Source: Candidatus Moraniibacteriota bacterium (GTDB lineage: Bacteria > Patescibacteriota > Minisyncoccia > Moranbacterales > UBA2206). From it: a DNA stretch of 39,999 bases. The notes under the pieces are model-generated. The model saw only the letters and a list, made by a program, of their open reading frames with translations, did not search any database and was not told where the DNA came from. Shown piece after piece: positions 26,791 to 35,227 of this stretch (positions within the stretch are counted from its first letter, which is position 1; every line of letters starts with the position of its first letter). A program made the translations under genes and the position numbers. The stretch lies in NCBI GenBank assembly GCA_030645735.1, contig JAUSNP010000002.1:1-39999 (forward strand). The letters run 5' to 3'.

Positions 26791-26957
26791 TTTAAATAAC
26801 CAAAAACCAAAACGTAACGCCTGCTTTAAATAACCAAAAACCAAGATACAAGGTACAAACAATTTCCAATACCCAAATTTCAATATTCAAACTTTTGTTT
26901 TTTGAGATTTGATTATTTGATATTTGTTTGGTTATTGTTTCTTGTATCTTGTCTCTT
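26791..26957. repeat. Degenerate heptamer inverted array with a 20-bp direct duplication
   Basis: TTTAAATAACCAAAAACCAA at 26791 and 26825; CAAGATA/CAAGGTA heptads pair with the TCTTG-rich right arm. Confidence 0.75.
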
Positions 26958-26968
26958 AATGTAATTTT

Positions 26969-27571
26969 ATGAAACTTATAATCGGTCTCGGCAATCCCGG
27001 AGAAAAATATATTGGCACCCGACATAATGTGGGTTTTGCAATGTTGGACAAAATTCAGCGGGAATTTGGTTTGGCCAATTTTGAGTTTAATAAAAAATTC
27101 AACGCCGAAATTTCTAGCGGAGACTACCAACTACCCGCCTCGACTCGCGGAGACGACCGCTCGTCAATGCGAGGCGGGCCAACTACCAACCAAAAACTAA
27201 TTTTAGTGAAACCACAAACCTTCATGAATCTTTCCGGCGAAACTGTACGGGCGATTTTGGATTTTTATAAATTGACAGCCGAAGACATTGTTGTGATTCA
27301 AGATGATTTGGATATTGAACTTGGCACCTACAAAGTCGCCACTGATTCTCGCGCAGCCGGACACAATGGTGTGCAAAACATCATTGATCAACTTGGCACC
27401 CAAAAATTCAAGCGCGTGCGCATTGGCCTTGGAAAGATCACCACCGATGAACCTGCTTGCCGCCTCGGAGCACACGATTTTGTGCTGGGAAAATTCACTG
27501 CAGAAGAAAAAGAAAAAATTGAAAAAATTTCTACCGACATTCTCAACGAAATCAAAAAACTTTTGCAATAA
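26969..27571 (+). CDS. pth: Peptidyl-tRNA hydrolase with in-frame repeat insertion
   Basis: GLGNPG, TRHNVG, KPQTFMNLSG, GHNG and RVRIG. Confidence 0.97.
   Translation: MKLIIGLGNPGEKYIGTRHNVGFAMLDKIQREFGLANFEFNKKFNAEISSGDYQLPASTRGDDRSSMRGGPTTNQKLILVKPQTFMNLSGETVRAILDFYKLTAEDIVVIQDDLDIELGTYKVATDSRAAGHNGVQNIIDQLGTQKFKRVRIGLGKITTDEPACRLGAHDFVLGKFTAEEKEKIEKISTDILNEIKKLLQ
27134..27178. mobile_element. 45-bp palindromic insertion in pth
   Basis: CCCGCCTCG...CGAGGCGGG termini with inner GACGA/TCGTC hairpin; splits a CCAACTA tandem repeat. Confidence 0.8.
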
Positions 27572-27636
27572 AAAAGGCGGGAGCTTTTCCACTCGGTTGA
27601 GTGAGCTTTCCCGCCTAGCCGTCTTTTTCTCCATAG

Positions 27637-27876
27637 TTAGTTTTTGGAAATGCATATGACCCCTTTCCACACAAATATTGGGGTCTTTTCTACTTTCTCG
27701 CCACGATCGTTAAAGCCTATCGTGTATTTTGGGTCAAGGGTATCAATGCATTTCTGGGCATTTTGATATCCTATGGCCACCACGCCTGCTGCTGAACTGC
27801 ATAGCCATAGAATGAGCAACAATTTTATCATCCTACCCGTACTCAGCTCTTTTGGTATTGCCTTTCTTTTTGTCAT
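27637..27876 (-). CDS. Small single-TM hypothetical protein
   Basis: GAGGAGG SD, TTGACA-17-TACATT promoter upstream, hairpin downstream. Confidence 0.7.
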   Translation of the reverse strand: MTKRKAIPKELSTGRMIKLLLILWLCSSAAGVVAIGYQNAQKCIDTLDPKYTIGFNDRGEKVEKTPIFVWKGVICISKN

Positions 27877-28087
27877 CCTCGCCTCCTCAGTGCAAATGGT
27901 TGAATATCTTGAATTTATGATTTGTTAAATCAAGGTACTACAGTCCTATAATGTATTATTTTTAACAATTCCTGTCAACTATAAAAAACACGGCGTGAGT
28001 AAGTTTAAAACAAAAAAAAAGAGGCAACCGGATCATGATGTGTAAAACACCAAATTATCCAATCGCCTCTCTGTGGGGCCAACAGCA

Positions 28088-28390
28088 TCATTTTGTCAGT
28101 CCCAGCCGACTCATCCGCCGCGTGGTATCACTAGCGAATTCCGCCGATTGAGAATTAATGTATGACGCCATCAACATAGCGCCACTTTCATCCAACCCAT
28201 TCTCATCAAAGGCGGCATCATCACATGGCTGATCGCACGCCTTCACAACAATGGAATGTCCATTGTAGAAGGCTACGATCTTGCCGTTGGGATATTCATT
28301 GACGACGACTTCATTATCAGTGGCCCATGCCTGACCACCGCCAGTAAAAACAAAGAACAACATCAATAGGGTAACCCAAAAACTCTGCAT
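28088..28390 (-). CDS. Small secreted hypothetical protein
   Basis: GGAGG SD before MQSF; signal peptide ending AWA. Confidence 0.7.
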   Translation of the reverse strand: MQSFWVTLLMLFFVFTGGGQAWATDNEVVVNEYPNGKIVAFYNGHSIVVKACDQPCDDAAFDENGLDESGAMLMASYINSQSAEFASDTTRRMSRLGLTK

Positions 28391-28567
28391 AAATTCCTCC
28401 ATATTGAGTTCCAAGTTTGGCGCCCATCGCCTGTTGCGTAACATTAGCAAATCTATAGCCGTTGTCAACGCAATAATTATTCAAATTTTATATGGTATAA
28501 ATTTTAAAACGATTGAACCGCTCCTCGCAAAAAAAACATTATTAGCCCGTTGCCACCGTAATTGTAT

Positions 28568-28596
28568 ATTATACGCCCATTTGGGCTTTTTGTCAA
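28568..28596 (-). promoter_or_regulatory. Consensus sigma70 promoter
   Basis: TTGACA-17nt-TATAAT, with the palindrome GCCCA-3nt-TGGGC in the spacer. Confidence 0.8.
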
Positions 28597-28624
28597 TGAC
28601 CGCAAATCCTGCTATCATTCAACT

Positions 28625-29716
28625 ATGCAAAACAAAAATGAACTGAAATATATCAATGCTTTGAATGTTATCAATGGTGTGGGCGCGCAAAAGATGCGCC
28701 AGTTGATGGCAAGCTTCGCTTCCCCACAAAAAGCCTGGGAGGCCAGTTTGGAAGAGCTGATTGAGTCTGAAATTGGCGAGGCAATCTCACGAAAAATTGT
28801 AGAACAACGAACCAACATTGATCCAGAAACCGAATGGCTGAAATTGGAAAAAGAAAACATCCGAATGCTGATTGAGACTGATCCAGAATATCCGTGCCTG
28901 CTCAAAGAAATTCCTTCGGCGCCCTATGTACTATATATGAAGGGAGAACTTGATTTGAACTCCCCGATGATTTCGATTGTTGGCTCACGCAAATTCACTG
29001 ACTATGGTTCGCAAGTGGCCTATGCCTTTGCCAAAGACCTCGCCAAGGCTGGCATCACCGTTATCAGTGGTATGGCCTATGGCATCGACTCCATCGCCCA
29101 CCGTGGCGCGCTGGATGGTGGTGGCAAAACCATTGCCGTGCTGGGCAACAGTTTGGATGAAAAAAGCATCTACCCACAAAGTCATTTGCAACTTGCGCGA
29201 GAAATTGTAGCCAACGGCTGTTTGTTGAGTGATATGCCGTTTGGCGCTCATGCTAGCGTGGGAACTTTTCCAGCAAGAAACCGCATCGTGGCCGGACTAT
29301 CGATGGGAACGCTGATTGTCGAAGCGGGTGAAAAAAGTGGCACGCTCATCACTGCCAATCTGGCCCTAGAATTCAATCGTGATGTCTTTGCGGTGCCTGG
29401 TTCAGTTTTTTCGCCGCAATCATTTGGCACTAATGACCTGATCAAAAAAGGCGCCAAAGTTGTCACCAGCGTCAAAGACATTTTGGAAGAATTGAATTTG
29501 GAAGAAGTGCATGAGAAAGCGTTCACCCCAGCCAAAATTCCTGAGAATCCTGAAGAAGAAATCATCCTGCATATCCTATCGACTGATCCCCTTCACATTG
29601 ACAACATCTCAAAAACCTCTAAACTAGGAACAGCAACTGTCGCTTCAACCCTCGCCATGATGGAAATCAAAGGCTGGGTGAGAAATATCGGAGGACAGAA
29701 TTATATAATAATTTAA
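28625..29716 (+). CDS. dprA: DNA processing protein DprA
   Basis: IVGSR, SGMAYGIDS.AH, FPARNRIVAG and EAGEKSGTLITA; precedes topA. Confidence 0.97.
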   Translation: MQNKNELKYINALNVINGVGAQKMRQLMASFASPQKAWEASLEELIESEIGEAISRKIVEQRTNIDPETEWLKLEKENIRMLIETDPEYPCLLKEIPSAPYVLYMKGELDLNSPMISIVGSRKFTDYGSQVAYAFAKDLAKAGITVISGMAYGIDSIAHRGALDGGGKTIAVLGNSLDEKSIYPQSHLQLAREIVANGCLLSDMPFGAHASVGTFPARNRIVAGLSMGTLIVEAGEKSGTLITANLALEFNRDVFAVPGSVFSPQSFGTNDLIKKGAKVVTSVKDILEELNLEEVHEKAFTPAKIPENPEEEIILHILSTDPLHIDNISKTSKLGTATVASTLAMMEIKGWVRNIGGQNYIII

Positions 29717-29846
29717 AATAACAAATACAAAATTACAAATCCTAAATAATATCTAAATTCAAATATTAAAAATTCAAAAATGTTTTGGATTTATAATTTT
29801 GAAAATTGTGATTTATTTGGAATTTGTGATTTTAAATTTTGAATTT
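29715..29846. repeat. Degenerate heptamer inverted array
   Basis: AAATAAC/AAATACA/AAATTAC/AAATCCT ... ATTTGTG/ATTTTAA/ATTTTGA; same family as 3188..3322; abuts the topA ATG. Confidence 0.8.
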
Positions 29847-32060
29847 ATGAAACTTGTAATAGTTGAATCACCCACAAAGGCTAAAACTATCACCAAATTT
29901 TTGGGCGCTAAATATGTCGTCAAATCTTCCTATGGCCATATTCGCGATTTGCCGACCAAGAAGATGGGTATTGATATCGAAAAAGATTTTGAGCCGGAAT
30001 ATGAAATTCCCAGCAAGAACATTGATCGTGTGGCAGAACTTAAAAAGCTCGCCAAGAAAGCTGATGGCGTGATTCTAGCAACTGATGAAGACCGTGAAGG
30101 AGAAGCCATCTCTTGGCATCTTGTCGCCGCTTTAGGACTCAAAATTGAGGAAACCGAAAGAATTGCTTTTCATGAAATCACGGAGAAGGCCGTCAAAGCT
30201 GCTTTGGAAAACCCACGTAAGATTGATTACAATCTAGTCGACGCGCAACAAGCACGCCGTGTTTTGGATCGCTTGGTGGGTTATGAATTGTCTCCCTTTT
30301 TGTGGAAGAAGATTCGTCGTGGACTGTCTGCTGGACGTGTGCAATCTGTTGCCTTGCGTTTGATTGTAGAAAAAGAACGAGAAATTTTAGCTTTCAAACC
30401 AGAAGAATATTGGGCTATCGGTGCGCAACTCAAAGCTGGCAAAGCTGAGTTTGAAGCGAAACTTTCCAAAGAAAATGGTACGGCCATTGGCAAGCTAGGC
30501 GTGAAAAACAAAAAACAAGCCGACGCCATTGTGAAATTTTTGGAAAAAGCTGTCTATCAAATTTCCGCTATCACCAAAAAAGAAGTACAGAAAAATCCTT
30601 TGGCACCCTATACTACCTCAACTTTGCAACAAGACTCCAATAATAAATTGGGCTACAGCTCCAAGCAGACGATGATGTTGGCCCAACAATTGTATGAAGG
30701 TATCAACATTGGCAAAGAAGGTTCAGTCGGTCTCATCACCTATATGAGAACGGACAGCATGAACCTATCAATGGAATCCATGCTCAGCGCGCAAAAAATG
30801 ATTGTCAAAAAATTTGGTAAAGACTATGCCCTTGAAAGTCCAAGATTTTTCAAGACCAAATCCAAAGGCGCGCAAGAAGCGCATGAAGCGATTCGCCCAA
30901 CTTTTCCAGAAAAAGATCCAGAATCACTCAAAGAATTTTTAGATCCCAAACAATATAAAGTTTACAAATTGATTTGGCAAAGAATGTTGGCTTGCCAAAT
31001 GGCGCCAGCGGTGATGAATTCAGTGTCAGTGGACATTTCTGCTACACAAAAGGATGCTAAAGATTTCTATGCGTTGCGCGCCAATGGCTCAACTATCAAA
31101 TTCGATGGTTATTTGAAAGTGTATGGTGACAAGGTTCCAGTTAGTGAAAACTTATTGCCCGAGATGCAGGAAAAAGATATTTTAGCTTTGGTCAAAATTC
31201 TTTCTGAGCAAAAATTCACGCAACCTCCGGCACGCTTCTCTGAAGCAACGTTGATCAAAGCGATGGAAGAGCTGGGCATTGGTCGACCATCCACTTATGC
31301 GCCAACTATTTCCACCATCATTGATCGCAAATATGTGGCCAAAGATGAAAACAAGCGACTCTTCCCCGAAGAAATTGGGCTCACGGTGTGTGATTTGCTC
31401 GTAGAACATTTCGCTGATATTGTGGATTATAAATTCACCGCCACGATGGAAGAAAATCTGGATGAAATCGCGGAAGGCAAAAAAGAGTGGGTGCCGGTCA
31501 TCCGAGATTTCTATGGACCCTTCCACAAAAATCTAGAAAAGAAAACCAAAGAAATCAAAAAAGAAGATTTACAAGAAAAATTGGATCGCCAATGTCCGGA
31601 TTGTGGTGGCGATTTGATTATGAAGTTTGGCCGTTTTGGAAAATTCATTGCCTGCGCCAATTATCCAAGTTGCAAGTTCACAGAAAAAACTGATTCCGAA
31701 AAGAAAGTGGATGAGCAACATGCGGGTGAAGTTTGTGAAATTTGTGGCGCGCCAATGCTCGTGAAGCGTGGACGCTTTGGAACTTTCTTAGGTTGTTCAA
31801 ACTATCCAGAATGCAAAGGCATCAAACGCATTGAAAACAAAACTGGTATTCAGTGTCCCAAGTGCCAACTCGGAGAAATCGTGGAACGCAAATCAAAAAA
31901 AGGCCGTGCCTTCTATGGTTGCAACACCTATCCAAAATGTGATTTCGCTCTTTGGAACAAACCGACTGGCGAAAAATGTCCCAAGTGTCAAAGCCTCTTG
32001 GTCTTTGCTGCCAAAGGCAAAACCAAATGTTCTGACAAAGAATGTGGGTTTGAAAAATAA
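29847..32060 (+). CDS. topA: DNA topoisomerase I
   Basis: VESPTKA, DEDREGE, SAGRVQS, ITYMRTD and C-terminal zinc ribbons. Confidence 0.99.
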   Translation: MKLVIVESPTKAKTITKFLGAKYVVKSSYGHIRDLPTKKMGIDIEKDFEPEYEIPSKNIDRVAELKKLAKKADGVILATDEDREGEAISWHLVAALGLKIEETERIAFHEITEKAVKAALENPRKIDYNLVDAQQARRVLDRLVGYELSPFLWKKIRRGLSAGRVQSVALRLIVEKEREILAFKPEEYWAIGAQLKAGKAEFEAKLSKENGTAIGKLGVKNKKQADAIVKFLEKAVYQISAITKKEVQKNPLAPYTTSTLQQDSNNKLGYSSKQTMMLAQQLYEGINIGKEGSVGLITYMRTDSMNLSMESMLSAQKMIVKKFGKDYALESPRFFKTKSKGAQEAHEAIRPTFPEKDPESLKEFLDPKQYKVYKLIWQRMLACQMAPAVMNSVSVDISATQKDAKDFYALRANGSTIKFDGYLKVYGDKVPVSENLLPEMQEKDILALVKILSEQKFTQPPARFSEATLIKAMEELGIGRPSTYAPTISTIIDRKYVAKDENKRLFPEEIGLTVCDLLVEHFADIVDYKFTATMEENLDEIAEGKKEWVPVIRDFYGPFHKNLEKKTKEIKKEDLQEKLDRQCPDCGGDLIMKFGRFGKFIACANYPSCKFTEKTDSEKKVDEQHAGEVCEICGAPMLVKRGRFGTFLGCSNYPECKGIKRIENKTGIQCPKCQLGEIVERKSKKGRAFYGCNTYPKCDFALWNKPTGEKCPKCQSLLVFAAKGKTKCSDKECGFEK

Positions 32061-32076
32061 CATATCTTAAAAAAAT

Positions 32077-32101
32077 ACTCATCCGTAAGGGTGAGTTTTT
32101 T
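32077..32101 (+). terminator. topA terminator
   Basis: ACTCATCC-GTAA-GGGTGAGT followed by a T-tract. Confidence 0.8.
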
Positions 32102-32103
32102 GA

Positions 32104-32554
32104 TTGCCCAGCGTTTTTATTTTTGCAAAAATAAAACAGTATGCCATTTTTCTTTTACCAAAGAACAGGGTGTCCATTTTCTTTGGCAGCAAAGAAAGTG
32201 GACGAAAAGAAACTGCTGCCCAGACTCGTGCTGTCTAAATTTCTAGCTTATTCGCTAAAATTTTAGGGACGACTTTCCGCTAACAGGAGCAGCGAAAAAT
32301 TTCTTAACGCTCATGCGCTGAAATTTAGAAACGCACTTCGTTATGGGCGAATTGGTTTTTCTAGTTTTTTTTTGTTTTAAAAACCCTTCCGCCTTGCGTA
32401 GTACAAAACTATAAATTGAAACTTGTGAGCGCTAAAAAATACTGGTCCGGCGCGGGGCAACCGGTATTTTTTCGCGAATAAGTTGAAAATTTATTTTTGT
32501 ACGAGCCGGCGGAGAGTTCTTTTTGTTACTTTTTCTTGCGGAAAGAAAAAGTAA
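32104..32554. repeat. Composite structured repeat: leader hairpin, module A (+, 32172..32348) and module B (-, 32388..32554)
   Basis: Nested stems and shared loop motifs between A and B; part of B is identical to 1..119. Confidence 0.85.
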
Positions 32555-32619
32555 AAACAATCCCCTCTTGTTTTTTACCCCCCTCTGGACTATACTAAAA
32601 AATATAAAAGAAACTTCTT

Positions 32620-34113
32620 ATGGGCAAAAATTCGATTACAATTGAGGATGTTTTGAATAAGTTGAAGGTCAAAAGAACTTCCCAGAGAGAGGCATTGATT
32701 CGCAGTGCTTACGAATTCTCTTTGATGGCTCATGCTGGCCAAAAAAGGAAGTCCGGCGAGGATTATATTCAGCATGCGCTGCACACTGCCCTCAACATCG
32801 CCAAGATGGGTATGGGTAGCAAAACCATTGCGGCTGGCCTGTTGCATGATGTGCCGGAAGACACCACTTACACGCTTGATGAGGTTGAAAAAAAATTCGG
32901 TCCAGAAGTGGCGTTTATGGTCAACGGTGTGACTAAGCTCGGCAAGATCAAATTGCGCGGTACCAAGGAAGAATATTATTTAGAAAATTTGCGCAAAATG
33001 TTTTTGGCAATGGCTTCGGACATTCGCGTAGTTATCATCAAACTGGCTGACCGCCTACACAATATGGAAACGCTCTCGGCTTTGCCAGAAGATAAACAGA
33101 AACGAATCGCGCTAGAAACTATGGAGGTTTTCACGCCGATTGCCAATCGCCTTGGAATCGGCGAAGTCAAAGGCGCACTGGAAGATCTATCTTTCAAGCA
33201 TCTTGATCGGGAAAATTATGACAAAATCAGAAAAATTCAAGAAGAAGAATATGCTCAAAGAAAAAAGTACCTCGATCGAGCGGTGGTTGAGTTGCGCAAA
33301 GAATTGACCAACGACGGCATCAAGGTTTTAGATATTTTTGGCCGATCCAAACATCTCTTCCGTCTTTTCCAGAAACTGAAAAAGCATGATATGGATATCA
33401 ATAAAATCTACGACCTCATCGGAGTCAGAATTATTTTGCCCGATATTTCCGATTGCTATGCCGCGCTGGGCATCGTGCACAAAAAGTATCGACCCCTCGT
33501 TGGAAGAATCAAAGATTATGTTTCTTTGCCCAAGCCCAATGGCTATCAATCCATCCATACCACTGTTTTTGGACCAGAAGGAAAAATTATGGAAGTGCAG
33601 TTGCGCACTCGGCAAATGGACGACGAAGCTGAATTTGGAATTGCGGCACATTGGATTTATAGCGACAAGAACCAACAAAGTTTGCGCCATCTGATTTTCG
33701 GCAACAAAGGCAAGGACAAACTCAAAGTGCCGGAAAAAGAATTGGCTTGGGTCAAACAATTGCAAGACTGGCAAAACGAGCTTGGCAAAGATGACGCTGA
33801 ATTCATTGAGAGTCTCAAAATTGATTTTTTCAAAAATCACATTTTTGCTTTCACGCCTCAAGGTGATGTGATTGATTTGCCGGAAGATTCCACACCCATT
33901 GATTTTGCTTACAAATTACACAGCTCCATCGGCAACCGCGCCACCGGCGCCAAAGCTGATGGCAAGATGGTTACTTTGGATTATAAAATTAAAAATGGCC
34001 AAGTAATTGAGATTTTGACTGTCAAAGAAAATAAAAAACCCAGTCGAGACTGGCTAATGTTTGTGCGGACTTCCCTAGCTAAGAGTCAAATCAAAAAGGC
34101 TTTCAAAAAATAG
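32620..34113 (+). CDS. relA: RelA/SpoT homolog (HD, synthetase and TGS domains; C-terminally short)
   Basis: QKRKSGEDYIQH, LLHDV, KLADRLHN, RIKDY, NGYQSIHT, EVQLRT, FTPQG and DFAY. Confidence 0.93.
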   Translation: MGKNSITIEDVLNKLKVKRTSQREALIRSAYEFSLMAHAGQKRKSGEDYIQHALHTALNIAKMGMGSKTIAAGLLHDVPEDTTYTLDEVEKKFGPEVAFMVNGVTKLGKIKLRGTKEEYYLENLRKMFLAMASDIRVVIIKLADRLHNMETLSALPEDKQKRIALETMEVFTPIANRLGIGEVKGALEDLSFKHLDRENYDKIRKIQEEEYAQRKKYLDRAVVELRKELTNDGIKVLDIFGRSKHLFRLFQKLKKHDMDINKIYDLIGVRIILPDISDCYAALGIVHKKYRPLVGRIKDYVSLPKPNGYQSIHTTVFGPEGKIMEVQLRTRQMDDEAEFGIAAHWIYSDKNQQSLRHLIFGNKGKDKLKVPEKELAWVKQLQDWQNELGKDDAEFIESLKIDFFKNHIFAFTPQGDVIDLPEDSTPIDFAYKLHSSIGNRATGAKADGKMVTLDYKIKNGQVIEILTVKENKKPSRDWLMFVRTSLAKSQIKKAFKK

Positions 34114-34143
34114 ACTCGCCATCAAAAAAATGAGGCGAGTCTA
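34111..34143. terminator. Hairpin between convergent relA and parB
   Basis: TAGACTCGCC...GGCGAGTCTA. Confidence 0.7.
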
Positions 34144-34166
34144 TTATAATATATGCAGATAGAATT

Positions 34167-35102
34167 CTATGCGTGTACTTTGGATAGAATATTATTTAAT
34201 TCTTCTTTGGAATAATAATCAATCATAATTTTACCACCTTCCCCTGCCTTGGCCAATTTAACTTTTGTCCCCAAAGCTCCCGCCAAAATATCTTCGATTC
34301 TTTTAGTTTCTGGATCAATTGAGACTTGTCGCGTATGCGTCTTTACGGAAATTTCCTTGGTCTTATCTTCGGTCTGACGAACAGTTAGGCTGTTTTTTAA
34401 AATCATCTCAAACAGCGCTCTTTGTTTTTCTGGATTTTCAATGGCCAAAATAGCTTTAGCATGGCCTTCAGTAATCTTGCCTTCAATCAAGGCCTTTTGA
34501 ATTTCAATCGGCAAATGCAACAAGCGCAATTTGTTGGCCACCGCCGATCGACTCTTGCCCATTTTTTTAGCCACTTCCTCTTGGCTCAAATCAAATTCAT
34601 CCGCCAATTTCAAATATGATTTGGCTTCTTCAATAGCATTCAAGTCATGCCTTTGCACATTTTCGATAATGGCCAATTCTAATTTTTGTTGCTCGGTGGC
34701 GTCACGCACAATCACTGGTACAGTTTTGAGGCCAGCCAATTTGGAAGCCTGAAAACGACGCTCACCGGCAATGATTTCGTATTGATTGCCATTTTTTGTC
34801 ACCACCAATGGTTGAATCACGCCGTGTTCCTTGATTGAATCGGAAAGTTCTTGTAATTTTTCGGCATCAAAACGCAAGCGTGGCTGATGCGGATTGGGCA
34901 CGATGCGAATAACCTCAATTTCTTGTACGCCATTTTGCACCTGCAGAGACGAGGTATGCCTCGTCTCTACGCCTGCACCAACAGGCTTAGCGCCGAAATA
35001 ATTGAAATCTTCTCGCGGTTGCGAAATTGTTTGCTTATTGTTTGATTTGTTCTGAGGAATTAGAGATGCTAATCCTCGACCAAGACCATAATTTTGAGCC
35101 AT
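34167..35102 (-). CDS. parB: Chromosome partitioning protein ParB/Spo0J
   Basis: LGRGLASLI, NPHQPR, IAGERRFQA, ENVQR and HTH. Confidence 0.97.
   Translation of the reverse strand: MAQNYGLGRGLASLIPQNKSNNKQTISQPREDFNYFGAKPVGAGVETRHTSSLQVQNGVQEIEVIRIVPNPHQPRLRFDAEKLQELSDSIKEHGVIQPLVVTKNGNQYEIIAGERRFQASKLAGLKTVPVIVRDATEQQKLELAIIENVQRHDLNAIEEAKSYLKLADEFDLSQEEVAKKMGKSRSAVANKLRLLHLPIEIQKALIEGKITEGHAKAILAIENPEKQRALFEMILKNSLTVRQTEDKTKEISVKTHTRQVSIDPETKRIEDILAGALGTKVKLAKAGEGGKIMIDYYSKEELNNILSKVHA
34943..34970. repeat. GTAG-type REP translated in frame in parB
   Basis: Minus strand GTAGAGACGAGGCATACCTCGTCTCTGC encodes VETRHTSSL; near-identical to 2454..2482. Confidence 0.88.
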
Positions 35103-35110
35103 AATTATCA

Positions 35111-35227
35111 GAACCACTGATTATCACATGACTTCACCTGATGACACATGATGTGGTTATTAAATTTTTTATTTTTGTTAACTAAATTCAGTGGAATCAA
35201 GTGTGCTCAGTGTGAATCATGTGGTTC
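35111..35227. repeat. Degenerate tandem inverted array between parA and parB
   Basis: GAACCAC...GTGGTTC termini; CAC(N)TGA units versus TCA(N)GTG units. Confidence 0.75.

Noticed and set aside
29715-29846. CRISPR array, and the topA N-terminal extension from 29799
   Set aside because: Units are 7-bp degenerate repeats without unique spacers and there are no cas genes; the extension is translated repeat.
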